Assembly: GCA_046598395.1 (NCBI GenBank)
Contig: JBKJIQ010000047.1
Coordinates: forward strand, 7,290 to 71,289
Length of the DNA: 64,000 nucleotides
From: Acidimicrobiia bacterium
Lineage (GTDB): Bacteria > Actinomycetota > Acidimicrobiia > IMCC26256 > JAENVU01
Reading direction: 5' to 3'
This document shows positions 26,757-36,440 of the stretch, in pieces (position 1 is the stretch's first letter; each line of letters starts with the position of its first letter). The translations under genes and the position numbers were made by a program. Below the pieces are notes generated by a model. That model was not told where the DNA came from. It did no database searches and saw nothing but the letters and a program-made list of their open reading frames with translations.

Positions 26757-27527
26757 TCAGTCGAACAGGTCGGGTTGTTCTGCGGTAATCACATCCCAGA
26801 GCGGCTGGAATGAGAATTGGCCGGCCGCGTGCGAACCGACCTGGCTCGCAGTGTGCGCAGCGACATCAGGGTCGATCAGCACCGGCGTGCCCGCCGCCTC
26901 GGCCAAGAGTTGCGCCTGACATGAGCGTTCCATCGTGATGAACCACCACGTGGCCTCGGCCACCGTATGGCCCACCGTCAGGAGTCCGTGGTTGCGCAAG
27001 ATCACGGCCTTGCCACCGCCGAGCGCGCCCCCGATACGGCGACCCTCCTCGAGGTCGAGGACCACGCCGGTAAAATCGTCGAACAGCGCGTGATCGTTAT
27101 AGAAGGCGCACGCATCCTGAGTGATCGGATCGAGCATCCGCCCGAGCGTTGACCACGCCTTGCCGTAGAGCGAGTGTGAGTGGGCCGCCGCGATCACATC
27201 GGAGCGGGCCGCGTGAACCTGGGAGTGAATGGCGAAGGCCGCCCCGTTCACGGGACGGTCGCCCTCCACGACCTCGCCCTGGTGGTTCACCAGAAGCAGA
27301 TCCGAGACGCAGATCTGCTTGAAGCTCTTGCCGAATGGGTTCACCCAAAAATGATCGGGCCTCTCCGGGTCACGCGCGGTGATGTGGCCCGCAACTCCCT
27401 CATCGAAGCCGAACTTCCCAAACAGGCGAAATGCCCCCGCTAACTGCTGTTTACGGTGCAGCCGCTCTTCATCGATCGTGCGAGCAGTGGTTCCATTGCC
27501 GGAAATTGTGACTTCGGTAGCTGCCAT
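26757..27527 (-). CDS. Class II aldolase/adducin family protein
   Basis: AGHITARDPE, AFAIHSQVH, HSHS zinc motif and LRNHGLLT. Confidence 0.9.
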   Translation of the reverse strand: MAATEVTISGNGTTARTIDEERLHRKQQLAGAFRLFGKFGFDEGVAGHITARDPERPDHFWVNPFGKSFKQICVSDLLLVNHQGEVVEGDRPVNGAAFAIHSQVHAARSDVIAAAHSHSLYGKAWSTLGRMLDPITQDACAFYNDHALFDDFTGVVLDLEEGRRIGGALGGGKAVILRNHGLLTVGHTVAEATWWFITMERSCQAQLLAEAAGTPVLIDPDVAAHTASQVGSHAAGQFSFQPLWDVITAEQPDLFD

Positions 27528-27564
27528 ATGCATCGGAGTCTACGGGTGGCCTATCATGATCTCT

Positions 27565-27624
27565 GGCAGGACCGTTGAGTACGCCGCACCCTGCCCGCGA
27601 CGTACTCCGGTCCTGCCTCTTTTT
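27565..27624. terminator. Long imperfect hairpin with adjacent T-rich tract, downstream of gpmA
   Basis: GGCAGGACCG..GAGTACG / CGTACTC-CGGTCCTGCC followed by TCTTTTT on +. Confidence 0.6.
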
Positions 27625-27653
27625 CACCCTGGCGAGTGCAGCATCGGAACCGC

Positions 27654-28379
27654 TCAGCCAGCCTGTTTGGCTACCGCGGCGGCCGCCACCGCCGCACCAT
27701 CCGGGTCGAGGTAGCGCCACGACTGCACCCGCATCTGGCCATCGAGCTCATACACGCGCGGCTGCCCCGTTGGGATATTGAGTTCCAACACTTCGTCGCT
27801 GGTCAACCCTTCGAGGTGCATCGCCAGCGCCCGCAGCGAGTTGCCGTGCGCAGCAACCAACGTGACCCGACCCACCACCAGATCAGGGACAACTCCGTCG
27901 TACCAATACGGCAACATCCGCCGCGCGACATCGGCCAGGCACTCCGACTTCGGGATCACGTCGGTTGGGAGCTCCGCGTATCGCGGATCAAGCGATGCAT
28001 CCCAGTCGAGCGGTGGCGGGGGAACGTCGAAAGACCGGCGCCAGACCTTCACGCTCTCCGCGCCATGGAGCTCGGTGGTCTCCAACTTGTCCTTCCCTTG
28101 CAACGCGCCGTAATGGCGCTCGTTCAACCGCCACGATCTCCGAACCGGAATCCACTGCCGGTCACAAGCCCGCAAGGACAACTCCGCGGTGCGGATCGCG
28201 CGTTGTTGCAACGAGGTGTGGACCACTGCGGGCAGCAGCCCTGCTTCCTGCAGCAGCTGGCCTCCGCGCACGGCCTCGCGTTCGCCCTGCTCGGTGAGGT
28301 CGACATCCTCCCAACCGGTGAACAAGTTCGCGAGGTTCCAAACGCTCTGGCCGTGACGCAACAGGATGAGAGTCGACAT
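27654..28379 (-). CDS. gpmA: 2,3-bisphosphoglycerate-dependent phosphoglycerate mutase
   Basis: [28 protein letters not shown] and AHGNSLRA motifs. Confidence 0.96.
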   Translation of the reverse strand: MSTLILLRHGQSVWNLANLFTGWEDVDLTEQGEREAVRGGQLLQEAGLLPAVVHTSLQQRAIRTAELSLRACDRQWIPVRRSWRLNERHYGALQGKDKLETTELHGAESVKVWRRSFDVPPPPLDWDASLDPRYAELPTDVIPKSECLADVARRMLPYWYDGVVPDLVVGRVTLVAAHGNSLRALAMHLEGLTSDEVLELNIPTGQPRVYELDGQMRVQSWRYLDPDGAAVAAAAVAKQAG

Positions 28380-28414
28380 GCGCGGAGGTTACGCGAAGTG
28401 CGATGGGACGAGGT

Positions 28415-29887
28415 TCACGCTGACGGAGCAGGGAGGCCGATCGTCTTCGTTTCGAGGTATTCCTCGAAACCGGCGACACCGTGTTCCCGTCCGAGTCCAC
28501 TCTCCTTGTAACCGCCGAACGGTGAATCCGGACCGAACCACTGGCCGCCGTTCACCGCGATCGTTCCGGTGCGGATGCGCTTCGCGATCCCATAGGCCCG
28601 CTCCAGATCCTTGCCGTTCACCGCGCCCGAGAGTCCGTACTTCGAGTTGTTGGCGATGCGCACCGCGTGGTCGTCGTCGTCGTACGGGATCACCGATAGC
28701 ACCGGACCGAAGATTTCCTCTTGCGCGAGCGCGGAATCGGGGTCTACGTCCACGAAGAGCGTGGGTTCCACATAGAAGCCCTGCTCGAGATGAGCCGGTC
28801 TCCCACCGCCAACCAGGAGCCGAGCGCCATCGGCTTTCCCCCGTTCGATATGGCCGAGCACCCGCTCGCGCTGGCGTGCGTTGATCAGCGGACCCTGAAG
28901 ATTCGCGGTGTCATTCGGGTCGCCGTAGCTCCAGGCCTCGAACGCAGCTCGCAGCAGTTCGACGCCCTCGTCGTACCGTGAACGTGGCAACAACATGCGA
29001 GTGGTGATCGCACAACCCTGACCACCGTGCATACACACCATGGCGCCACTTCCGCACTGCGCGGCGAGATCAGCGTCATCCAAGATGATGTTCGCCGACT
29101 TCCCGCCGAGCTCGAGAAACACGCGCTTCAACGTCTCTGCGCCGCGCGCCATGATCCGCTTGCCCACGGCCGTGGAGCCGGTGAACGAGATCATGTCGAC
29201 CCGAGGGTCGCCGGTGAGTGCCTCGCCCACCGCCGCGGCATCACCCGCAGTCACCACGTTGAACACGCCGGGTGGGATGTCGGTCTGTTCGGCAACGAGT
29301 TTGCCAATGTGGGTCGCGCTCCACGGGGTGTCGGGGGCAGGTTTGAGGACCACGGTGTTGCCGGCGGCGAGCGCGGGAATGACCTTCGAGAGGTTGAGCA
29401 TGAACGGGAAGTTCCACGGCGTGATCGCGCCGACCACGCCGATCGGTTCGCGTACCACTCTGCGGGCACTGGTCTGACCGAAGAACTCGTGAACGGGAAG
29501 GTCGTACTCCCACTGGACGCGATCGATGCAGTCGATGTCCCAAGCCAGATCATCAATGCAGGAGTCCTGCTGGATAGCGTAGGTCAACATGATCGGCGTA
29601 CCGACCTCCGCCACGATCTGCGGCCGCAAAACTTCTCGCGATTCGCTCAATGCCGACTGGAGCTGGCGGAGTGACCGTTTCCGCAAGTCGGGGTCCGTTG
29701 CCCACGAACTCTCGTCGAACGCGCGCCGGGCCGCGCCGATCGCGCGGTCCATGTCGGCCACGCTGCCATCAGCGATCTCGCCGATCACCGCTTCGGTGGC
29801 GGGGTTGATGTTCGCGAAGGTCTGGCCCGAGGCCGCCGCAACCAGTTCCCCATCAATCAACATTCGGTCTTCGCCACTCACTGACAT
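28415..29887 (-). CDS. Aldehyde dehydrogenase
   Basis: ITPWNFP, FTGST, LELGGKS, GQGC and EEIFGPV motifs. Confidence 0.95.
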   Translation of the reverse strand: MSVSGEDRMLIDGELVAAASGQTFANINPATEAVIGEIADGSVADMDRAIGAARRAFDESSWATDPDLRKRSLRQLQSALSESREVLRPQIVAEVGTPIMLTYAIQQDSCIDDLAWDIDCIDRVQWEYDLPVHEFFGQTSARRVVREPIGVVGAITPWNFPFMLNLSKVIPALAAGNTVVLKPAPDTPWSATHIGKLVAEQTDIPPGVFNVVTAGDAAAVGEALTGDPRVDMISFTGSTAVGKRIMARGAETLKRVFLELGGKSANIILDDADLAAQCGSGAMVCMHGGQGCAITTRMLLPRSRYDEGVELLRAAFEAWSYGDPNDTANLQGPLINARQRERVLGHIERGKADGARLLVGGGRPAHLEQGFYVEPTLFVDVDPDSALAQEEIFGPVLSVIPYDDDDHAVRIANNSKYGLSGAVNGKDLERAYGIAKRIRTGTIAVNGGQWFGPDSPFGGYKESGLGREHGVAGFEEYLETKTIGLPAPSA

Positions 29888-29957
29888 ATTCTGCGTCCCT
29901 TCGTCCGTCGACCCACGATGGCGCGGAGCGTACCTCCGCCGGCCGTAACCTCAATGG

Positions 29958-31496
29958 GTGCGAATCGCGGCCGTCGACCTCGGGTCGAACTCCTTTCATC
30001 TCGTGGTCGCCGACGTCCATCCCGACGGCAGCTTCACCCCCATCAGCAGCGAGAAGGAGATGCTGCGCCTCGGCGATGTCGTGAGCCGTGAGGGGATCAT
30101 CACCCCTGAAGCCGCGGATGCCGCGGTCGCCACGATGCGTCGATTCCGGCTGATTGCCGAGGCCGCAGGGGCAACCGAGATACTGGCGTGTGCAACGAGC
30201 GCACTTCGCACGGCAACGAACGGCGACGAAGTTCTCGATCGCATCTCGCGTGAGGCAGGTATCGACGCTGACGCGATCGACGGTCTCGAAGAAGCTCGGC
30301 TGATCTTCACTGCGATTCGCGCTGCGGTCACAATCGATCCCGCGCCCGCCGTGTGCTTCGATCTCGGGGGCGGATCACTCGAGATCATGGTCGGAGACAT
30401 CGCGGGACTCACGTGGGCTGCGAGCGAGCGCCTCGGGGTGGCCCGCCTCACCGCCGAGTTCGTCCATTCCGATCCGATTGACGCAGCCGATCGACGGCGC
30501 TTACGCAAGCACATCGTCGACGTCCTCGGACCCAATGCCATCCACGTGGGCGCCTACGAGCCGAAGATGGCAATCGGGAGCAGCGGAACCATCGAGGACC
30601 TCGGCCACATGATCGCGGCACGTCGCGATGTGCGGGTTCCTCGCACCCTGCATCACCTGGCGTTCTCACGTTCCGAACTCGACGATCTCCGCAACGATCT
30701 CGTGGAGTCGACGAGCGCCCAACGCCGCAAGATGCACGGACTGGACCTCAAACGGGTCGATCTCATCGTGGTCGGCGCTGAGCTCATGAGCATCGCCATG
30801 GAGTTGTTCGACGTCCAGGACCTCACGGTCAGCGAATGGGCGCTCCGCGAAGGAATGGTGCTCGACGCCATTGGTCGCCACGAACCCGGCGATTTCTCCG
30901 ATGATCCTTTTGCAATACGGCGCGCCTCGGTGCAGTCCCTGGCTCGGCGCTGCTCCTGGCCGGAGGCCCATTCCCGTCATGTGGCCACGTTGGCGCTGCA
31001 ACTCTTTGATCAGCTCCGCGAACTCCACGGTCTCGACGACGACGACCGTGAGCTGCTGGAGTACGGCGCGCTCCTGCATGACATCGGCGAGCATGTTTCC
31101 CACGAAGGGCACGACCGCCATGCCGCGTACCTGGTGCACCATGGCCGGCTGCGCGGTCTGACCCCCGGGGCCGTCACCGCTCTCATTGCCATGGTCCGAT
31201 GGCATCGCCGCGGCGATCCCAAGAGCAACGACGATCTCGTGGGCAAGCTCGAACCCGAACAAAGGGATCGAACGCGAAGATTGGTGTCGCTGTTGCGCAT
31301 CGCCGATGGCTTAGACCGCGGCCGGAAGCAGAACGTGGTCGACATCCAGGCGCGCGTCGGCGCGGAATTGGTCCTGTTGCACGTCCGCGCTACCTCGGAC
31401 CCGGAACTCGAACTCTGGGGTGCCCGGCGCAAGCGTGAACTCTTCGAGAAGACCTTCGAGCGCGAGCTCGAGTTCACCGCGCACCCGTCGGGGTAG
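29958..31496 (+). CDS. ppx: Ppx/GppA exopolyphosphatase with C-terminal HD domain
   Basis: DLGSNSFHL, ATSALR, DLGGGSLE, LREG and LLHDIG motifs. Confidence 0.9.
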   Translation: MRIAAVDLGSNSFHLVVADVHPDGSFTPISSEKEMLRLGDVVSREGIITPEAADAAVATMRRFRLIAEAAGATEILACATSALRTATNGDEVLDRISREAGIDADAIDGLEEARLIFTAIRAAVTIDPAPAVCFDLGGGSLEIMVGDIAGLTWAASERLGVARLTAEFVHSDPIDAADRRRLRKHIVDVLGPNAIHVGAYEPKMAIGSSGTIEDLGHMIAARRDVRVPRTLHHLAFSRSELDDLRNDLVESTSAQRRKMHGLDLKRVDLIVVGAELMSIAMELFDVQDLTVSEWALREGMVLDAIGRHEPGDFSDDPFAIRRASVQSLARRCSWPEAHSRHVATLALQLFDQLRELHGLDDDDRELLEYGALLHDIGEHVSHEGHDRHAAYLVHHGRLRGLTPGAVTALIAMVRWHRRGDPKSNDDLVGKLEPEQRDRTRRLVSLLRIADGLDRGRKQNVVDIQARVGAELVLLHVRATSDPELELWGARRKRELFEKTFERELEFTAHPSG

Positions 31497-31509
31497 CCGA
31501 TCGAACGGT

Positions 31510-32064
31510 CTACTCCCCCAGAGATTCACGCCGAAGCCGACGAAGTTCGCCAAGTGCTCGCAGGTCTTTGTCGCGACCGGCCGTCTCCTTTGACTCAATG
31601 AGATCATCGAGGGCAGCAACCAACACTTCGTTCTCGGCGATCCTACGAATCGACGCCCGCGGCGCGAGAGCCTCGTACCCACCCGGCCCGTCGATCGCGA
31701 ACAACACGTCGAGCGGTCCGGCCGCCGTCGCGAATTGCCAAGCCGTTCTTCGTCGAAGTGCAGAGGGAGTGAAAGAGAAATCAGCCGCTTCGGGAGGTGA
31801 ACCGTCGTCGCCGACGTCGGATCGCGCGGGATTGGCATAGAGGGACGCATCGAGCGTGAGCAAGACATCACACAGGCGCGCCAGATTTTCATCGTCGTAT
31901 GCCGGAACCGTATCGGCGTCCTGGGTGAGACCGGTGTAGCCATGAACCAATGCAGCGAGTCCGCCGACCAAGACGAACCGAACGCCGCCCTTGGTCAAAC
32001 TCTCGATGATCCGAATCGGGTCGAGAGGCTCCACGCGTGAGGTCCAAATGGTCACGACGCTCAC
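31510..32064 (-). CDS. Nucleotidyltransferase-fold protein (putative toxin)
   Basis: FVLVGGLAA.HG...TQDAD and LDDLIESK..AGRDKD motifs; GTGA-coupled to the XRE gene. Confidence 0.72.
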   Translation of the reverse strand: MSVVTIWTSRVEPLDPIRIIESLTKGGVRFVLVGGLAALVHGYTGLTQDADTVPAYDDENLARLCDVLLTLDASLYANPARSDVGDDGSPPEAADFSFTPSALRRRTAWQFATAAGPLDVLFAIDGPGGYEALAPRASIRRIAENEVLVAALDDLIESKETAGRDKDLRALGELRRLRRESLGE

Positions 32065-32363
32065 TCACGCGGCTCGACGAGTTGGGCGAACTCCCCGACC
32101 ATACGCACCGCAGCCAGCCTTCCTTCGACATCGAGATCACCCCAACCAGACCGACCGCTCCAATCAATCTCGGTCGCTCGGATCCTCAACTCCAGACCAC
32201 ATGCTTCGACCAAGCGCGACAGGAGATCGAGTGTCGGCTCCATCCGTCCTCGTTCGATTCGAGCCACCGAGGACGGTGAGATACCTGCTCGATCAGCCAG
32301 CGCGCGTTGACTCAAGCCTGCACGAGATCGAGCGTCTTGGCAGATTGCGTAGGCCGCAGACAT
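32061..32363 (-). CDS. XRE-family HTH protein (putative antitoxin/regulator)
   Basis: ARSRAGLSQRALADRAGISPSSVARIERGRMEPTLDLL. Confidence 0.88.
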   Translation of the reverse strand: MSAAYAICQDARSRAGLSQRALADRAGISPSSVARIERGRMEPTLDLLSRLVEACGLELRIRATEIDWSGRSGWGDLDVEGRLAAVRMVGEFAQLVEPRE

Positions 32364-32401
32364 CATGCGAGCATATACGCTCGCATCGGTCTGAGCGGCC
32401 G

Positions 32402-33043
32402 CTATTTGCCCGTAGCGGTGTGGTGGAGGATGCGGGCGGTGGTTTCCACCACATCGGCACGTGACGTGCCGTAGGCCGCGAGGTCGGCGTGGAACGCGGC
32501 CATCCGTTCGAGCATGGAAACCATGGCGGCCCCGGCGGCATAGGGCGACAGTCCGGAGTTCGAACGCGCCAAGACCTTGGCGCCGATGCCTTCGGTCAGT
32601 GGTCGAAGGGAATCGTTGCGCACCGCGCGGAACCGATCGTCGCCCTCCTGAGCTGCGAGGTTCCGAGTTCGGAGCACGCACCGATGCTTGTCCCAGTTCG
32701 TGATGAAGTCTTCGACGAGGCGCCGAGCGATCCCGAGTCCTTCCGGACCGTTCCAATCTTCGGCGAGGAGTCCTGCGAGTGACGATGACTCCTCGCCCAC
32801 TGCGATCGAAAGCGCGAGGACCGCATCCTCGACGTCGGCAAAGTATTGATAGAACGTTGCCGGCGAGAGATCTACCGCCCGGGCGATATCGACCACCCGG
32901 AGTTCGCGCAACCCTTTGTCCTCCAACAGCTGAGCCGTGGCGTCGAGCAACCGTGCCCGGGTCTCGGTACCGCGACGCCCCAGCGACCGGCCATCGAGCG
33001 CCACCCGCTCCGCGATGCTCGGTCCGACCGCCGGATTAGTCAC
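32402..33043 (-). CDS. TetR family transcriptional regulator
   Basis: TRARLLDAT...VVDIARAVDLSPATFYQYF. Confidence 0.92.
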   Translation of the reverse strand: MTNPAVGPSIAERVALDGRSLGRRGTETRARLLDATAQLLEDKGLRELRVVDIARAVDLSPATFYQYFADVEDAVLALSIAVGEESSSLAGLLAEDWNGPEGLGIARRLVEDFITNWDKHRCVLRTRNLAAQEGDDRFRAVRNDSLRPLTEGIGAKVLARSNSGLSPYAAGAAMVSMLERMAAFHADLAAYGTSRADVVETTARILHHTATGK

Positions 33044-33479
33044 CGGCTTCGACCCCGACGGACTCGACGAACTCGACGAATGCGACCTCGTCGCTGGCCC
33101 GCTTGAAGGCGGCACGGACCCGAGCACCGATCACTGCTTCTTCCGGCGCGAGCGTGGGGAGTTGGGCCACGAGGCGAGCACCGTGCTCGTCGAGATCAAC
33201 GAGGCCAACCACGAACGGAACCTGTTCGCGGAACGGTGGGATCCCGTGTTGGCGGATAACGGTGAAGGAGTGCAGTGTTCCCAAACCTGACGAGGTGATC
33301 CACTCCAGGTCTTCCGCTCCGCAGTGCGGGCACGCGATCCGAGGATAGTGGTGATGCAATCCGCAGCTGCCACAGCGCTGGATTCGCAGTTCGCCGCGAA
33401 CCGTGCCCGCGAAGAACTCAGCCGCCTCCGGTGAGATTCTCGGAATCAAATACTTCGGCACGTCCTCCGCAGAACTCAT
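33036..33479 (-). CDS. DUF35 Zn-ribbon/OB-fold protein
   Basis: FFAGTVRGELRIQRCGSCG...PRIACPHCG, LHSFTV; ATGA overlap with the thiolase. Confidence 0.9.
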   Translation of the reverse strand: MSSAEDVPKYLIPRISPEAAEFFAGTVRGELRIQRCGSCGLHHHYPRIACPHCGAEDLEWITSSGLGTLHSFTVIRQHGIPPFREQVPFVVGLVDLDEHGARLVAQLPTLAPEEAVIGARVRAAFKRASDEVAFVEFVESVGVEAGD

Positions 33480-34642
33480 ACCGGTTCCGTTCCCAACACG
33501 ACGGTACCCATGGTGGAAAGCCAACCGCCGCTGCCGTGCGCTACCGCAATCTCTGCACCTTCGACCTGGCTGTCCCCCGCTTCGCCTCGCAGCTGCCGGG
33601 TCGCCTCGCACAGCAGGAAAAGCCCTCGCATTCCCGGGTGCGTTGCCGAGAGTCCCCCACCATCGGTGTTCGTTGGCAGCGCGCCGCCGAGCCGCAACGC
33701 GCCGGACGCGGCGAACGGACCCCCCTCGCCCTTCGGAGCGAACCCGAGGTCTTCGAGGCAGACGAGCACGGTGTACGTGAAGGAGTCGTACATCTGGAAT
33801 GTGTCGACATCTGTCGGGGAGATCCCTGCTTCGGTGAACGCCTTCGGACCCGTGACCGCGCCCGCCGTCACGGTGAGGTCGGGCATCGCTTGCATCGAGT
33901 GATGGGTCATGCCGGCGGCCGCACCCCGCACGAACACCAAGGGTCGACCGAGATCGCGTGCCCGATCTTCGGTGGTGAGGATCAATGCACAGCCGCCGTC
34001 GGACACCACGCAACAGTCGAGCTTGTGGAGTGGATCCGCAACGAGCCGCGAACTCACGACATCCTCGATGGTGATCAGGTCGCGATACATCGCATGCGGG
34101 TTCCGCTGCGCGTGCTCCCGAGTTTGCACCGAGATCGATGCCAACTGTTCGGCGGTGGTGCCGTACTGATACATGTGGCGCTGGGCGGCCATCGCGTACG
34201 CGCCCACCAGGGTGAGTCCGGTCGGGAGTTCCCAACTCATGGGATACGGCATCGCCGCTGCGCCGCCACCCGCGCGCCCAGTTCCGAGGGATCGACCTGC
34301 CGCCGAATACTCGTTGTTGCCGTAGACGATTGCGACCGTATCGACGTCGCCCGCCTGAATCGCTCGGAACGCGTGCAGCGCGTGGAACTCGAAACTCGAT
34401 CCGCCACAGCTCGTGGAATCGAGCCAATGCGGGCGCAAACCGAGATACTCCGCTAGCTGAACCTCGTGCATCCCTCCGTACCCGGCCGAGGCAAGTCCGT
34501 CGATCTCGTTCTTGGTGAGACCTGAATCCTTCACTGCTCGCCCAAAGGCTTGCGCCTGGAGCATGAGCGCCGACAAGTCCGGCGTCTTCGGCCCGTCGGC
34601 CAGACCGACGCCCACCACACACACTCGACGGTTTGCGCTCAC
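33476..34642 (-). CDS. SCP-x-type thiolase
   Basis: STSCGGSS, LDCCVVSDGG, MYDSF and NTDGGGLS motifs. Confidence 0.88.
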   Translation of the reverse strand: MSANRRVCVVGVGLADGPKTPDLSALMLQAQAFGRAVKDSGLTKNEIDGLASAGYGGMHEVQLAEYLGLRPHWLDSTSCGGSSFEFHALHAFRAIQAGDVDTVAIVYGNNEYSAAGRSLGTGRAGGGAAAMPYPMSWELPTGLTLVGAYAMAAQRHMYQYGTTAEQLASISVQTREHAQRNPHAMYRDLITIEDVVSSRLVADPLHKLDCCVVSDGGCALILTTEDRARDLGRPLVFVRGAAAGMTHHSMQAMPDLTVTAGAVTGPKAFTEAGISPTDVDTFQMYDSFTYTVLVCLEDLGFAPKGEGGPFAASGALRLGGALPTNTDGGGLSATHPGMRGLFLLCEATRQLRGEAGDSQVEGAEIAVAHGSGGWLSTMGTVVLGTEPV

Positions 34643-34695
34643 GACGGCGGACGTTATCCAAGTACGCGCGGTGGTGTTTGTGGAAGCATCCAGGC

Positions 34696-35628
34696 GTGCT
34701 GGCCGATCTGCTGCGATCCCTCTCCAACCCACTCGCGAATCAGTTCATCGAGGTCCCTGCCCCGGTTGCGCTCACCCTCCCCGGTCGACGACCTCGCAGC
34801 CCGACTCTCATGAACGTCGGTGAAGACGAGCGCTTCACCCCCGATCTGATCGCCGACCCGCATGGACGAATCGCGATCCTCGTCGGTCCGTTTGCGCTCC
34901 TCGACCCGGACGGCCTGCACCGAATCGCTCACCACCTGGGGGCACCAGTGGCGAACACCTGGGGCGCGAAGGGCATCTACCCATGGAACAGCCCGCATCA
35001 CATGGGCACCGGCGGACTCCAACGTGATGATTTCGCACTGTTGGGTCTGGCCGACTTCGATCTCGTCCTCACGATCGGCATCGACTCCGCGGAGACGTCG
35101 CCACCCTTCCCCTCCGCGGCACGGATCTTCCACTTACCCGACGGACTAAGACCGTTGGTGGTTCCCGGCGCGCCCCGCCCGTTCGTTCCCATCCCCAACG
35201 ACCTCTTCACGAGGATCAGCGCGATCGCCCAACCCGGATACGTGGATGACGCATTCCCCCGTCACCCGGCCCGCGCGGTGATGGATCTCAAGCAATCCCT
35301 TGGCGAATCAACCCGGGTGACGGCGCAACCTGGTCCGGTCGGGCTGTGGATCGCTCGCACGTTTCCCACCGACCGCATGGGCAGCGTGATCGTCCCGGCA
35401 TACGACCGACCCGGCATCGGCGCCGCCGTCGGCCTCGTCTCCGCAGCCCAAGGAACCGAAACCGTATGCGTCGTCGCCGGCCCCATCGACGCCACGACCC
35501 ACGAGGCCCTCCACGTCGCCCGTCATCATGGTTTCCCGCTGCGTCTCGAGGTGTGGGAGGACGACGTGAACTGGAACCGCACCGAGGATCTCATCGCGGT
35601 CGCGGGTCCCGTCGTAGCGTGGACGTGA
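34696..35628 (+). CDS. Degenerate ThDP-enzyme (acetolactate synthase-like) homologue
   Basis: Middle domain APVANTWGAKG...MGTGGLQ..DF...ADFDLVLTIG; C-domain HPARAVMDL..LWIAR; GDG motif replaced by AGP. Confidence 0.6.
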   Translation: MLADLLRSLSNPLANQFIEVPAPVALTLPGRRPRSPTLMNVGEDERFTPDLIADPHGRIAILVGPFALLDPDGLHRIAHHLGAPVANTWGAKGIYPWNSPHHMGTGGLQRDDFALLGLADFDLVLTIGIDSAETSPPFPSAARIFHLPDGLRPLVVPGAPRPFVPIPNDLFTRISAIAQPGYVDDAFPRHPARAVMDLKQSLGESTRVTAQPGPVGLWIARTFPTDRMGSVIVPAYDRPGIGAAVGLVSAAQGTETVCVVAGPIDATTHEALHVARHHGFPLRLEVWEDDVNWNRTEDLIAVAGPVVAWT

Positions 35629-36407
35629 TGGAAGAAACTCGCACCGCGGCAATCTCCGGCGCGTCCGGCGGCATCGGTCGCGCGATTGCTCTCGGCCTGG
35701 GCCGACTCGGCTGGTCGGTGGCGCTCGGTGGTCGTCGGATCGACGCGTTGGAGATCACCGCCGATCTGGTGACGCTCGAAGGCGGCACCCCGTTCGTCCA
35801 CTCGCTCGACGTGACCGATGCCGGAAGCATCGATGCCTTTTTCAACGCATCCGAAGCCGCGCTCGGCCCCGTTGATGCCCTGGTGAACAACGCGGGAATC
35901 GCCGTGCCCGGACTGCTCGTCGACACCGACGCCGACGCGCTGGCTCGGGAGATCGACACCAACTTGCTCGGGCCACTGCTCTGCACGCGCCGGGCGCTCG
36001 GCTCGATGCTCGACGCCGGGCGCGGCGACATCGTGTTCGTCTCGTCCGACGCGGCGCGTACCCCGCGCCCGGGGCTGATCGGATACAGCGCAAGTAAGGC
36101 TGCGCTCGAAACCGTTGCGCGCGTGGTCGATATGGAGACGGAGGGACGGGGCATCCGCACCACCGTGATCCGAGTCGGCCCGACACTCACCGACTTTGCC
36201 GGCGAGTGGACCCCCGGTACCTACGAGCATCTGGTGGGGATGTGGCCCCGTTTCGGGATCCAACGCCACTTCAACACCATGGCACCCGAAGACATCGCCG
36301 GCGTCGTGATCCATGCCCTCACCGCACCACCGCATGCCCGCATGGACACCATCGAAATCCAACCGGTCGCTCCGGTCGCTGCCGTCAAGCCACCAGCGGT
36401 ACCCTGA
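35628..36407 (+). CDS. SDR family oxidoreductase
   Basis: SGASGGIG, NNAG and YSASK motifs; TGATG coupling to the upstream gene. Confidence 0.9.
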   Translation: MEETRTAAISGASGGIGRAIALGLGRLGWSVALGGRRIDALEITADLVTLEGGTPFVHSLDVTDAGSIDAFFNASEAALGPVDALVNNAGIAVPGLLVDTDADALAREIDTNLLGPLLCTRRALGSMLDAGRGDIVFVSSDAARTPRPGLIGYSASKAALETVARVVDMETEGRGIRTTVIRVGPTLTDFAGEWTPGTYEHLVGMWPRFGIQRHFNTMAPEDIAGVVIHALTAPPHARMDTIEIQPVAPVAAVKPPAVP

Positions 36408-36420
36408 CGCCGACGTCAGG
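36400..36420 (+). promoter_or_regulatory. -10 TACCCT overlapped by operator CCTGACGCCGACGTCAGG
   Basis: Perfect 7-bp arms (36403-36420), upstream of the amidohydrolase. Confidence 0.65.
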
Positions 36421-36440
36421 CTCGGACCCAAGGGAATGCA

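Noticed and set aside
29958-31496. Ppx with HD domain as a possible novel fusion
   Set aside because: This is the standard long-form Ppx/GppA architecture
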